DNA of 64,000 bases, taken from IMG/VR virus record IMGVR_UViG_3300045988_159857, positions 32,001 to 96,000 of that record; one strand, written 5' to 3'. Positions within the stretch are counted from its first letter, which is position 1, and every line of letters begins with the position of its first letter. The stretch is from a virus. Made by a program: the position numbers and the translations under genes. Shown piece after piece: positions 32,597 to 42,685 of the stretch. Below the pieces are notes generated by a model. The model was not told where the DNA came from, made no database searches, and saw only the letters and a program-made list of their open reading frames with translations.

Positions 32597-33338
32597 TAGT
32601 TTTCTCCTTTTTCTCTTTTTGTTTTTTTTCAAATTCCTTTACTATTTTAATTTCCTCTTCTGTAAAAGGAACTTGTTCTATTTGTGTTTCCCCTTTTCTA
32701 ACACTGTTAATAAATTTTATGGCATTAGAAAGTTTAGAAGCTTCAGGGTCATCTTTAATTTCTTTATTAAGTGTTTCCGACTTTAAATCTAAAGAGTCAA
32801 AGTAATAGTTAATAACTTCTTGTCTTTCCTCTTCAGTAGCCTTATCCCATCTGTCATCTATTTCAAGTCCCACATCAGAAAGAAGTAATCCGTCAAGATG
32901 GTCAATATGGTGTTGCATAACTCTTGCAGCCATACCTATCAACTGTACACTTTGTATTTTACCAAGTGGTGTTTGATAAGTTACATTTATTTTAGGGTGT
33001 CTTATTCTAATAAATGTTTTACCGGGAATACTATGACAAGTTTCTTTTGAAAGCTCAATACCCTCTACTTTGTCAATTATAGGATTAACAAACGTCCTTA
33101 TATCACCATCAAAATTTATACAAATAATACGTTTATTGTAACCTAATTGATTTGCCGACAACGCACAAATTTTCTCATCAGAACGAATGACAGCTTTAAG
33201 TTTAGAAACAATTGTTTGAACTTCATTGTTTTTCTTTGTTAAGTCAAATTCGTCGCATCTCTCTGATAAACTATCATAATCAGTAACAATGTCCTTTTTA
33301 CTTAATTTTCTAATTTCATCAAAATTAAAAATTTCCAC
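32583..33338 (-). CDS. def: peptide deformylase-like protein with variant motifs and long C-terminal extension
   Basis: Motif 1 ALSANQLG, motif 2 ETCHS (in place of EGCLS), motif 3 QHHIDHLDG (in place of QHExDH). Confidence 0.65.
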   Translation of the reverse strand: MEIFNFDEIRKLSKKDIVTDYDSLSERCDEFDLTKKNNEVQTIVSKLKAVIRSDEKICALSANQLGYNKRIICINFDGDIRTFVNPIIDKVEGIELSKETCHSIPGKTFIRIRHPKINVTYQTPLGKIQSVQLIGMAARVMQHHIDHLDGLLLSDVGLEIDDRWDKATEEERQEVINYYFDSLDLKSETLNKEIKDDPEASKLSNAIKFINSVRKGETQIEQVPFTEEEIKIVKEFEKKQKEKKEKTNGNT

Positions 33339-33340
33339 TA

Positions 33341-33619
33341 TTAGTTATCTCCTTTTAACTCAGTAACAACAAGTTTATATGTATCACTGTCAAAGTCAGC
33401 AATTAAATTCAATGAATATTTATCACTAGTATAGAGTATGTTTGATACTGTTTTACTAATAACACTTGAATCATAATTCTCTTCAACTAAATCACTTTTA
33501 TCAAGTTTACTAAATGCAGAGTTGTATTCTTCAGGACTTTCAAAATCTATAACATAATTATTATCAGATGAAAAATATCCCGGTTGAGTTATACCAATCT
33601 TTCTTAACAAATCTTTCAT
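33341..33619 (-). CDS. hypothetical protein
   Basis: 92-aa ORF. Confidence 0.55.
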   Translation of the reverse strand: MKDLLRKIGITQPGYFSSDNNYVIDFESPEEYNSAFSKLDKSDLVEENYDSSVISKTVSNILYTSDKYSLNLIADFDSDTYKLVVTELKGDN

Positions 33620-33656
33620 ATATATCTATAATCTCTCCTAATCTTATACAATTTGT

Positions 33657-33983
33657 TCACAATTTCAAGTTGTCAATAATCGACTTGTTATCCTCTATAA
33701 CATGTTGACCATTTTTGTTTTTTGAGGTTTTTAATAACAAATTATTTTTATCATATTTACGTTGTTTTTGTTTCTTCTTAGGCTTATCAAGAAGGTACTT
33801 TATATAACTTAAATTCTGATAACTTGTGATAACGGGGTTTATTGTTAATTTAAGGTTTTCAAGTCTTTCAGGAGAAACCATCCCTTCTTCAACTTCTTTA
33901 GACATATCTTCTAAACACTTTTTTAATTCAAAATATTGTTTACACACAGAATTATAATATTCGTCAAAATGCTTTTTAGCCAT
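33657..33983 (-). CDS. hypothetical protein
   Basis: Start MAKKHFDEYY at 33981-33983 after GGAGG. The upstream part of the track ORF is the terminator hairpin. Confidence 0.55.
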   Translation of the reverse strand: MAKKHFDEYYNSVCKQYFELKKCLEDMSKEVEEGMVSPERLENLKLTINPVITSYQNLSYIKYLLDKPKKKQKQRKYDKNNLLLKTSKNKNGQHVIEDNKSIIDNLKL

Positions 33984-33991
33984 TTTACCTC

Positions 33992-34036
33992 CAAAAGAAA
34001 GGCGTACTACAAATATTTTTAACACTGTAGTACGCC
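33992..34036 (-). terminator. rho-independent terminator
   Basis: 11-bp stem GGCGTACTACA/TGTAGTACGCC (34001-34011/34026-34036), then TTTCTTTT on the minus strand. Confidence 0.65.
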
Positions 34037-34098
34037 TCAAACTTTTATTTTTTATTTATATGTACAACAGTTAATTATCTTTAATATCTATTTATACA

Positions 34099-34509
34099 TT
34101 AAAACCAGAAATGAAAGAAATCTTTCGACAATCTGTCCATTCTTTTGTTAAATTCTTTAATAGCTTTTTCTCCAGTATAAGTCGTTGTATATACCCCAAA
34201 TTTTTCATTAAATTTTTTGATTGCTTCGGTCTTTTTAGATTCCGCTTCTTCAATAACTTTCTGGGCATTTTTTAATATTGTGTCAATCTTTTCGTTTGAC
34301 TCTTCTAAAATTTTTGCAGCTTCTTCTTTTGCAACATCGTAAGCTTCATAAGCCTTCTCAACCTCGTCGTTGGCCTTGTCAATACGAAGTGCTAAAGATT
34401 TTTTACTTTCTTCTTCTTTAACTTCTAGTTCTTTTGCATCGCCTTCGGCTTTTTCAAGTTCCTCAGGACTGTTGAAAACCTTTTTCAATTCTTCTGAATA
34501 ATACTTCAT
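34099..34509 (-). CDS. hypothetical K/E-rich coiled-coil protein
   Basis: 136-aa ORF. Confidence 0.6.
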   Translation of the reverse strand: MKYYSEELKKVFNSPEELEKAEGDAKELEVKEEESKKSLALRIDKANDEVEKAYEAYDVAKEEAAKILEESNEKIDTILKNAQKVIEEAESKKTEAIKKFNEKFGVYTTTYTGEKAIKEFNKRMDRLSKDFFHFWF

Positions 34510-34613
34510 TTTACATCAATCTCCTTACTTTTAGGGACTTACCATTAAAGGACTTACCCTAAATGACTTATAGAATTTTCTTCTGTACGTTTTCGTACAT
34601 ATTATTTATACAA

Positions 34614-35822
34614 TTAACATAAGTTAATTTTGTATATGGCTTCAGCTACATCTTCTTCAGAACTTATTATAAAGTTTTGAGAAGGTTTATTTGTTAAACG
34701 TAAATCTTGTGCATACTGGTCTACTCCCATTAAACTACCATTTGATATTCTTAAACACTCGTGGGACTCGTCACAACTAAAATGATGATAATGACTTGAA
34801 ATTACTAAATCGTTTCGTTTTCTTGTCATTGAAATCATATTCTCGATAACCTTATTAGGTTTGTCCTTATGTCCGTGTACACCTACAACTTCATGTCCTA
34901 GTACACTAAAAGACACTATATCATCAGCATACTTGTTATCTAAAAATTTAATATTTTTATTTGCGCTCAATCTCTGTTTAAGGTACCAAGGAGTTATTCT
35001 TGCTAACGTTTCAAGCTCCATAGCTTCGCTCTTTCGAGGCTCTAACCTAGAATGATTATCAAGACAATCGGTATAAACTAAATCACAATATTGTGATAAC
35101 TCGTTTAAAAATTCAGCTAATATTTCACTAACTTCCATAGTTTGAGAAATAACATCTTCTCTAGATTCTAATCTTAATGTTAAATGAATTCGACCACAGA
35201 TAAGGTCCCCTAAGTTTACTACATATATTTTTTTAATATTGTTTAAATTACAAATGTTTATAACCTTAAGTAACAATTTATTGACACGTTGTCTACAAAT
35301 TTCAGGGTTATAATTGTTAAAATAGTTATTAACTTCAATTCCGTAGTGCCAGTCACTTAAACAAAGTATTCCTTCTTTTTGATTTTTATTTGTTTGTGAG
35401 TTAACATTTACATCGGGAATTGTAAGTAATTTTTCTTTTGACATCTTATCCGCAAAATCAGAAGCTATTTCTTTCAATGTTTCTTCTCTTGCAAGCATAC
35501 GAATGTATGCATTATTCTGTATACGTTCCTCACTTAATTTGTAACGTTCCTTTTTAATGGTTGTTAAATAATTTTTATATTCAACTTCAGGGTCTGGTTC
35601 ACATAAGTAGTTATTGAAATCAATCAATCCTTCATTATACATCTTATGTGCTTTACGACTATAAGCGTCTCTCTTTCGTCTATCTTTTTGTGGTTTAATA
35701 GAATTTAACGCTTCGACTATATCTTCCCAAGTAAATAAATTATCTCTAAGTTTAAGAGTGTATAACCTATTTTCATATTCGTCAAAGGTTTCATTTTCTT
35801 GTCTCACTAAAAGGTTTTCCAT
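34614..35822 (-). CDS. calcineurin-like metallophosphoesterase family protein
   Basis: Ordered motifs LSDWHYG, NLGDL, DNHSR, GHKD and SSHYHHF. Confidence 0.6.
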   Translation of the reverse strand: MENLLVRQENETFDEYENRLYTLKLRDNLFTWEDIVEALNSIKPQKDRRKRDAYSRKAHKMYNEGLIDFNNYLCEPDPEVEYKNYLTTIKKERYKLSEERIQNNAYIRMLAREETLKEIASDFADKMSKEKLLTIPDVNVNSQTNKNQKEGILCLSDWHYGIEVNNYFNNYNPEICRQRVNKLLLKVINICNLNNIKKIYVVNLGDLICGRIHLTLRLESREDVISQTMEVSEILAEFLNELSQYCDLVYTDCLDNHSRLEPRKSEAMELETLARITPWYLKQRLSANKNIKFLDNKYADDIVSFSVLGHEVVGVHGHKDKPNKVIENMISMTRKRNDLVISSHYHHFSCDESHECLRISNGSLMGVDQYAQDLRLTNKPSQNFIISSEEDVAEAIYKINLC

Positions 35823-36332
35823 TTAACTAATATCCTCACTGTCATCGTCTATTGCGACAAAATTGTCTTCTTCTTTAAGTTTATATATCATTGCTTGTAC
35901 AGCTTCAGTAACCCTTTGTCTACTTTCTCTGTCTAACTCTGTACAAACATTTATGTTAACTTGATTGTTTTGTTGTAACTGAATTGCGGGGGTAGTTTCA
36001 ACCATGTTGAGGTTTTTATTCGCTCGGTCAATAGCGTTTTCAGTTACTTGCATATACTTTAGTAAATCTTCATTTGTAAAATTATCAGGAGTATTTTCAA
36101 ATCTTTGAATTACTTTATCCGTTACGGTGTCTAATAAGTTCGACATCTTCATTACTCTTACAACATTTCTTTTTTGGTTGTTGAGATTAAACAAGTTTGT
36201 CAAATCTTGTATTTCATCAACATCTTCAGAATTCATTATACTAACTGCTAAATCTGAAGTTTTTTTATCGAGTTGAGATAACGACGAAGTTGGGTCTGCA
36301 GGTTGTAACTGGTTTTTTTCATCCTTAGACAT
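35823..36332 (-). CDS. hypothetical acidic protein
   Basis: 169-aa ORF. Confidence 0.6.
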   Translation of the reverse strand: MSKDEKNQLQPADPTSSLSQLDKKTSDLAVSIMNSEDVDEIQDLTNLFNLNNQKRNVVRVMKMSNLLDTVTDKVIQRFENTPDNFTNEDLLKYMQVTENAIDRANKNLNMVETTPAIQLQQNNQVNINVCTELDRESRQRVTEAVQAMIYKLKEEDNFVAIDDDSEDIS

Positions 36333-36661
36333 TAAATCAACTCCTTATACGTTTTTAAAATATTATTTGATAATTTTTCACTGACAAGTTCTTTTAAGGG
36401 TTTTTTGTTATTGTTAACACATTCCTGTAATTCTTTATTGAAGTCTTCTGAAGGTTTAAAGATGTATGAAAAATTACCGTCAAGATATTTAACATACAAT
36501 ACCCCTATTCCTATATCGAGTTCACAAACAGTATCTTCTGTACAAATATTTTCAACAATATTTTCTACTAAAATTGTCTGACAAGTTTTTGTTAGATTAT
36601 TTATGATTTTTATAGGTATTGTAGATAATACCGATAAATCATCAAGTAGGTTGTATTTCAT
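36332..36661 (-). CDS. hypothetical protein
   Basis: 109-aa ORF. Confidence 0.55.
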   Translation of the reverse strand: MKYNLLDDLSVLSTIPIKIINNLTKTCQTILVENIVENICTEDTVCELDIGIGVLYVKYLDGNFSYIFKPSEDFNKELQECVNNNKKPLKELVSEKLSNNILKTYKELI

Positions 36662-36861
36662 AATTTCTTTGTCATCCTTCGATAAACAGTTTCTGTGTTA
36701 CGATTTTTCAGATAAGAAATAGAATCTTCAATTTCTTTATCGTATACTAATAAACTTTTATTTAATCTTTCTTTTACACACTTAACATAAAGTTCATTTG
36801 GAGTATGTTTATGATTACTTAAACTTTCCATTATATTATACAGTTTACTCTTGAAACTCAT
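36658..36861 (-). CDS. hypothetical protein
   Basis: 67-aa ORF. Confidence 0.5.
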   Translation of the reverse strand: MSFKSKLYNIMESLSNHKHTPNELYVKCVKERLNKSLLVYDKEIEDSISYLKNRNTETVYRRMTKKL

Positions 36862-36864
36862 ATG

Positions 36865-37239
36865 TCACCTTCCACTGTTGAACGAAAAATCTTTTAGAAC
36901 TTCTTTTATGACAAAATAATTCTTTTTTATACTTTTTGTATTTTCTCCTTTTTTATCTAAAGTTGTTAAACATTTTGTAAAGTCTTGTTTTTCTATGTCA
37001 ACTTTCTGAAATAGCAACAAAGCGTTAAGCATATCCTCTAACTCTTCTATTTTAGGGATATATATAGTCGTCCCACCATAATATTCGCAAAGTTTTAGTA
37101 AATTTTCTTCGTCAAGAATATAGCTTAACTGACTTAAAGAACTGTATTCGTTAGAATCTTTAAGTTTATACATAACAAACAACATTAACGAATATATGTC
37201 ATTTTTTGTTAAGTTAGTTATCTCTGTGCTTATTGTCAT
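36865..37239 (-). CDS. possible Mor-like transcription activator
   Basis: LLKLCEYYGGTTIYIPKIEEL resembles the GG..(I/V)YIPK signature of the Mor/C family. This is a weak call. Confidence 0.35.
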   Translation of the reverse strand: MTISTEITNLTKNDIYSLMLFVMYKLKDSNEYSSLSQLSYILDEENLLKLCEYYGGTTIYIPKIEELEDMLNALLLFQKVDIEKQDFTKCLTTLDKKGENTKSIKKNYFVIKEVLKDFSFNSGR

Positions 37240-38071
37240 CGAAATCCTCGTTTCCGTTGTAATAATTATAAAAACAACCTACATCATAATCTACAACATT
37301 TTTCGTATGAATGATATCTCTTAAATCTTCTTTTATAATATTTTTAACTTGTTTAACTAAAACGTCTATGTAGTTCGACATACTGTCCGGTAAATGGTAC
37401 AACACAGGTTTTGTATATTTAAATTTTATAAAAGCATTATTTATACTTTTCAAATTTTGAGTTTTGTTAACCATTTTTAAAAAATTTTCATACGTAGGAG
37501 TTATAGTATTGTTAAATGTTAGACACACACTAATATATATGTTATCCCAAATATAACTATCTTTTGGATAAGGTAAAGTTTCTAAAAACTTTTCAATTGT
37601 TAAGGGAATATTTTTTGTAGTTAACTTAAAATCTGTTAAGTAAATATTATCAATACTACTTGCTAATAAGGTATTAAACGTTCCTGTGTCATCATAAACT
37701 TCTTTAGACTTTCTAGAAATTAACGATGAACCTCTTTCCTCTTTGAACGAACAAAATTTTTTATTTATATTAGCATTTATGTAATTTTTTACAGATTTTA
37801 TTTTAGGTAATAAAGGTTGTCCGTTTTCATTTATCTTAAATTGTTTTGGATTGACAAGTCTCATATACACACGGTTACTCATAAATATACAAAAATCATC
37901 AAGTGTTTCTCCGTATATATTAAACTTGTTATCGTAAAGACATACTGACCTTACTATATTATATATATAAGAATAAATTTTATATTCATCAATTTCTTCT
38001 TTATAGACGTTGTTGTCAACATAAATACACATTTCAGTTGTTGTTAAACCTTTTGGAATTTCAAAGTTCAT
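37214..38071 (-). CDS. hypothetical protein
   Basis: 285-aa ORF. Confidence 0.6.
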   Translation of the reverse strand: MNFEIPKGLTTTEMCIYVDNNVYKEEIDEYKIYSYIYNIVRSVCLYDNKFNIYGETLDDFCIFMSNRVYMRLVNPKQFKINENGQPLLPKIKSVKNYINANINKKFCSFKEERGSSLISRKSKEVYDDTGTFNTLLASSIDNIYLTDFKLTTKNIPLTIEKFLETLPYPKDSYIWDNIYISVCLTFNNTITPTYENFLKMVNKTQNLKSINNAFIKFKYTKPVLYHLPDSMSNYIDVLVKQVKNIIKEDLRDIIHTKNVVDYDVGCFYNYYNGNEDFDDNKHRDN

Positions 38072-39948
38072 TTTATATGACTTACCCCATTACTTTCTTT
38101 TACCACACTAATACAATTATCAACAGGAATATTTAACTCATTTGCATGATGTGAAATGATATAGATGCTACTAACATCATTAAACCTCTTACTAATCATG
38201 TTAATAACCCGCTCACACCCTAAATAGTCTAAGTTATCAAATATTTCATCAAGTACAAGTAATGAACTACTAAAATTCATATATGTTGATAACATATCTC
38301 TTAAAGCAAATTGTACTATTAAGTTAACTTTTTGTTTTTCCCCTCCCGAAAGATTTTCATAATCTTTCTGTTGAAACTTAATTATTATGTTATTTCCCTC
38401 AAGTTTAAACTCAATTAAAGAATCACCAAAAATATCTTGTGAATAAACATTTGCTCTCTCATCTATATACTTTATTATATTAGACAAGAGATAACCTCTG
38501 AAATCTCGTTTAATTACACTGTCAAATTTATTAAGTATAGATTCTCGACGTTTATAATTTTCAGTTAATTCACTTGATTTTTCATACTCGTTAGTGTAAG
38601 TATTTATCTGTTCCTCATATTTCTTAACATAAGTAATTAGTTTATTATTTTCATTTTCAAAATTATCTAACTCAACAGTTATTTTGTTTATTTCATTATT
38701 TATATCATTTCTTTTTGTGTTAAGTATTTTAAGCTCATTATCTAAGGAGTTCTTCGCTACCGTCAAATTGGACAAACTTTCTTTAATTCTTAATATATTT
38801 TGGTTATATTCGTCTTCAATAGTTTTACAAGCGATTTTATAAACATTTTCAATATCATTTATAGACTCATCACAAACATTTATCTTTGTTGTAAGTTCTA
38901 ATATTTTATTTTTTTCGTTTGTGACGTCGGGTTTAACTACATTCTGTAACTTTTGTCCACAAGTAGGACAAAAGTCTACCATTTTCTCAACATTCTGAAC
39001 ATATTGTTTAAGTTCATTTAATTCACTTTTTTGTGCTACAAAACCGTCTAGAATATCTTCTCTTTCCTTGTATCTCTTATTATCAAGTTCTTCTTTTTTC
39101 GTTGTGTAAGTTTTAAGGTACTTATTTTTTTCGTCTTCAAAAGAATTTATACTCGATTCAAAATCGAGTCCTTTGATTTCGTCTTCCTTTTTTACTATTT
39201 CTTCACAAACTAGTTTACACTCATCCTTCAACTCACTCAAATGTATTTTTTGTTTATTTATGTCAAGAGCATTTAATTTTTCTAAATCTTTTTTACACTC
39301 ACTTAATAAATCTTGATTTGTTTCAATTTTTGTTGAAGCCGTTAACGTCTCATCTTCAGCTTGTCTTAAAAGATTATTTACAACAAGTTTTCTTTCGACC
39401 AATCGTTTTTTTAAATCTTCAATCATAAAATCTGACTTACTTAATTTCTCAAGAACTTCTTTTCTTCCTGAAGGGGTGTTATTAGAAAACTTTAAGGGCA
39501 TGCCTTGTCCTAATATTATTACACTACCAATAAAAGAACTAGTTAAGTCGGGTAAGAGCTCCTTAAGTATCTTTTCACTATCTCTTATACCTTTACCACT
39601 TATATCTTTACCATCAACCGTTATCTGTAACGTTGTTTTATATTTTGAATGTTCTTTTGACCTTAAAACAGTGTAAACTTTATCATCAAAACTAAATTCG
39701 AGGACAACGAGAGCCCCGTCATCACCATTTATGTTAACAACATTTTTAGAGCCCCTTAAGGTTTCCCCACAAAGACACCATATTATAGCTTCAAAAATAC
39801 TACTTTTACCACTACCGTTTGAAATTGCCCCGTCATTACTATTATTAGTACCAGTTACGAGAGTATATCCGTTATCCTTCAAATTGATTTCACTACTACC
39901 TATTGACATAAAATTATAGATACTAAGTTTATTAAATTCTATGTTCAT
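38068..39948 (-). CDS. sbcC: SbcC/Rad50-family ATPase (T4 gp46-like)
   Basis: Walker A GSGKSS, long coiled coil with zinc hook CPTCGQ, signature LSGGEKQ, Walker B LLVLDEIF. Confidence 0.85.
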   Translation of the reverse strand: MNIEFNKLSIYNFMSIGSSEINLKDNGYTLVTGTNNSNDGAISNGSGKSSIFEAIIWCLCGETLRGSKNVVNINGDDGALVVLEFSFDDKVYTVLRSKEHSKYKTTLQITVDGKDISGKGIRDSEKILKELLPDLTSSFIGSVIILGQGMPLKFSNNTPSGRKEVLEKLSKSDFMIEDLKKRLVERKLVVNNLLRQAEDETLTASTKIETNQDLLSECKKDLEKLNALDINKQKIHLSELKDECKLVCEEIVKKEDEIKGLDFESSINSFEDEKNKYLKTYTTKKEELDNKRYKEREDILDGFVAQKSELNELKQYVQNVEKMVDFCPTCGQKLQNVVKPDVTNEKNKILELTTKINVCDESINDIENVYKIACKTIEDEYNQNILRIKESLSNLTVAKNSLDNELKILNTKRNDINNEINKITVELDNFENENNKLITYVKKYEEQINTYTNEYEKSSELTENYKRRESILNKFDSVIKRDFRGYLLSNIIKYIDERANVYSQDIFGDSLIEFKLEGNNIIIKFQQKDYENLSGGEKQKVNLIVQFALRDMLSTYMNFSSSLLVLDEIFDNLDYLGCERVINMISKRFNDVSSIYIISHHANELNIPVDNCISVVKESNGVSHIK

Positions 39949-41033
39949 TTCAATATCTCCTGTAATTCGTCAATAGTTAAATTATCATTACCAACATTAT
40001 CTAGTACAAATTTCTTAAATTCCTCTAAATGGTCTAATTGTAATGATGTTATACTTTCACCTACTATGGGGGTTGTATCCTTTTCGACAATAATCCTACA
40101 ACATACTCCATTACAATTTTTAGGACAATTTATACTTTTCATTTTAGGATTATTATCGTTAGGGTCAAAACGATAACTTATGTATTCTCGACTCTTTTCA
40201 TCAACTTTTATAGTGGCAACATAATTTTTTAATTTAAATGATATATCATTTAAATAATGAATATCTTTATTTGTAAAATCGAGTTTATAAAAATTAAGTG
40301 CAAACGGGTTTTCGTGTAAAGTATAAGATAAGGTATCCAAATCAATTATCATTGCTTGGTGCTTATACTTTAGTGCATCTTCACTGAAGTTTTGTCCTGT
40401 TATATTCCCTATATTTAAGACATTATTTTTTACCCACTCACTATTATGAATGTGCCCGTTAACAGTTAAGTCGAATGATTTTTCTAAATTATTTAGTTCA
40501 AAACCCAATTCAGAAACATAAGCTCCCATTCGTATACCTTTAATATCATTGTGTGTCAACAATAATTTGAATTTTTTGTCATCTGGCACATCTTTAGGGA
40601 AGTAATCTTCGACAGGATTTTTATCATTTTCAAGAATATAAGGTAAAACATAAATAAGTGTGTTTCCCATACCCAGTATAGCTGGCTTATTAAATATTTC
40701 ACAATTTCTATTCTGTAGAAAAATTTGAGTGCTTGAAAATGAGTTATCCCCTCTACCGATTTCGTGATTTCCTACAACAAAGTAATTCGGTTTACATGAA
40801 AAGTCAATTTCAGATAATGCACTTATTTCTTCAGCGTTTAAGTCTGAACGGTCAAAAAAGTCTCCTAAACAAAAAAGCCCACAACAATTCTCTTGTTCAG
40901 CTAAATCGTTTAGCCATTTCATTGTTTGTATCTGGTTCTCTAACCGTTTTGAATATTTTTTTCCAATACCTCTAACAATTGAACTACTAGAACAAAAATG
41001 ATTATCTGAATATATTAGAATCTTATTGTTCAA
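39945..41033 (-). CDS. sbcD: SbcD/Mre11-family nuclease (T4 gp47-like)
   Basis: YSDNHF, LGDFFDR, VVGNHE, LLTHND and NGHIHN phosphoesterase motifs. Confidence 0.85.
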   Translation of the reverse strand: MNNKILIYSDNHFCSSSSIVRGIGKKYSKRLENQIQTMKWLNDLAEQENCCGLFCLGDFFDRSDLNAEEISALSEIDFSCKPNYFVVGNHEIGRGDNSFSSTQIFLQNRNCEIFNKPAILGMGNTLIYVLPYILENDKNPVEDYFPKDVPDDKKFKLLLTHNDIKGIRMGAYVSELGFELNNLEKSFDLTVNGHIHNSEWVKNNVLNIGNITGQNFSEDALKYKHQAMIIDLDTLSYTLHENPFALNFYKLDFTNKDIHYLNDISFKLKNYVATIKVDEKSREYISYRFDPNDNNPKMKSINCPKNCNGVCCRIIVEKDTTPIVGESITSLQLDHLEEFKKFVLDNVGNDNLTIDELQEILK

Positions 41034-41758
41034 AATAACACCTTTCTCTTAATTTGTGTATCCATTACTGTACCATTTATACGACTTAAAGCAGTTTTAT
41101 AATAATTTTCATTTATTTCTATTCCTATGAAATCTATATCCCTATTTAATTCTTTACAAGCAACACCAGTAGTACCACTACCCATAAAAGGGTCTAATAC
41201 TATAAATCCAGGTTTAGTTGAATTACTTAACATACTTTTAACAAATGGTAATGGTTTTATAGTAGGATGATTATATATTTTATTTTCACGATTTATTGGT
41301 GAAATGTATAATTTTTTAGCATCATTATAACACATAGGTTTACAATAAACTCCAGGGGTATAAAAATATAAACAGTACTCTATATCATCTATATATTTAT
41401 TATAATATGTTGGTAAGGCATTTGTTTTATTCCAAAAAAGTATAGTATAATTACATTTATATTTATTAACAAATATGTTCATATATTTAATTATTTGACT
41501 TTTATTGCACCAAACATAAATATTAACATCCTTTAATACTCTTATCATTTCTTCACAAAACAAGTTTATATTAAATGTTTCACAACGTAAAGAATTAAGG
41601 GGTTTTAAACTTTTAGCTAACTTCATTCTTTTATTACAACTTCCAGTAGTATCTTCAGGATTGACATGGACATCATAAGGTGGGTCAGTATATACTAAAT
41701 CGATACTTTTCGAAGGTATATTTTTCAATATATTTATGTAATCGTCATTATATAACAT
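41030..41758 (-). CDS. DNA methyltransferase (N6-A/N4-C, beta class), no cognate nuclease seen
   Basis: Motif IV LVYTDPPYD is N-terminal and motif I VLDPFMGSGTTGVA is C-terminal. Confidence 0.8.
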   Translation of the reverse strand: MLYNDDYINILKNIPSKSIDLVYTDPPYDVHVNPEDTTGSCNKRMKLAKSLKPLNSLRCETFNINLFCEEMIRVLKDVNIYVWCNKSQIIKYMNIFVNKYKCNYTILFWNKTNALPTYYNKYIDDIEYCLYFYTPGVYCKPMCYNDAKKLYISPINRENKIYNHPTIKPLPFVKSMLSNSTKPGFIVLDPFMGSGTTGVACKELNRDIDFIGIEINENYYKTALSRINGTVMDTQIKRKVLF

Positions 41759-41770
41759 CTATTAAACTCC

Positions 41771-42685
41771 CTACATTGATAGTATTTTCAATACTATATA
41801 ATCTCTGATATTTATGTTAACCAACTTACCACTTTTCAACAGATAATCAATATTAGTTAAAAAACTAATTATTTTAACTAACTGTTTAATATTCCATACC
41901 TTGGGACTTTTTCTTATTGCATATATCTGTTTCGAACTTAAACCAGTATTTTGAGGAGTTGGATTGTTATTTCCCCAAACATTTAATAACTTAACAAAAT
42001 TCTTATATAGAATAGTAACAACACCTAAGTCTTCAACATCCATTACATCAATATCTTGATAAATACATTTTAATGTATTCAAATCTCTTTTTTGTAAAGC
42101 ATTCGTAAAATCAAAAATTGTTTTATTTGTTATATCTGAAAATGCATTATCATTAAGCATATCCTCAAAGATTGTTTGTCTCTGTATAGGCTCAAAACAA
42201 ATTAGTTTATCTATTTCATTTTGAATTTTATCAATATTATTTTTACAATTTTTAATCAACCAGTCAAGATATTTTGTGTCAACACCTTCTAGTAAAGAAT
42301 AAACATAATCTTTTATACACCACTCTTCAAGGTCGGGAACATTTACAATAAAATTATTATAAATACTTTCAGTGTCTTTTTCAACTTTTTTAGTGACAAT
42401 TATTAAATTGTTTTTATTTAAAAGATTTTTATAGTTATATTCAAATTTATCGGTGATATAAATATTTAGACAATCATCAAAACTGTCTTGCCCGAAAAGA
42501 TTTTTACTATCATTTTCATAAGTATCTAAACTGTCTATATACTGAATAGGTTTATTTAGACATTGAGATATTGCTTTGTAATATTGTCGAGCAATAAACG
42601 TCTCTTCCCCTTTGAAAATAATAAAAGTATCTTTGACGTTACCAGATTCAATTTGTCGTTTTACACTAGTTATATCCACAATCAA
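41771..42685 (-). CDS. clamp-loader delta (HolA)-like subunit
   Basis: Third gene of the dnaX-type operon. The N-terminus (FIIFKGEETFIARQY) resembles HolA. Weak. Confidence 0.45.
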   Translation of the reverse strand: MIVDITSVKRQIESGNVKDTFIIFKGEETFIARQYYKAISQCLNKPIQYIDSLDTYENDSKNLFGQDSFDDCLNIYITDKFEYNYKNLLNKNNLIIVTKKVEKDTESIYNNFIVNVPDLEEWCIKDYVYSLLEGVDTKYLDWLIKNCKNNIDKIQNEIDKLICFEPIQRQTIFEDMLNDNAFSDITNKTIFDFTNALQKRDLNTLKCIYQDIDVMDVEDLGVVTILYKNFVKLLNVWGNNNPTPQNTGLSSKQIYAIRKSPKVWNIKQLVKIISFLTNIDYLLKSGKLVNINIRDYIVLKILSM

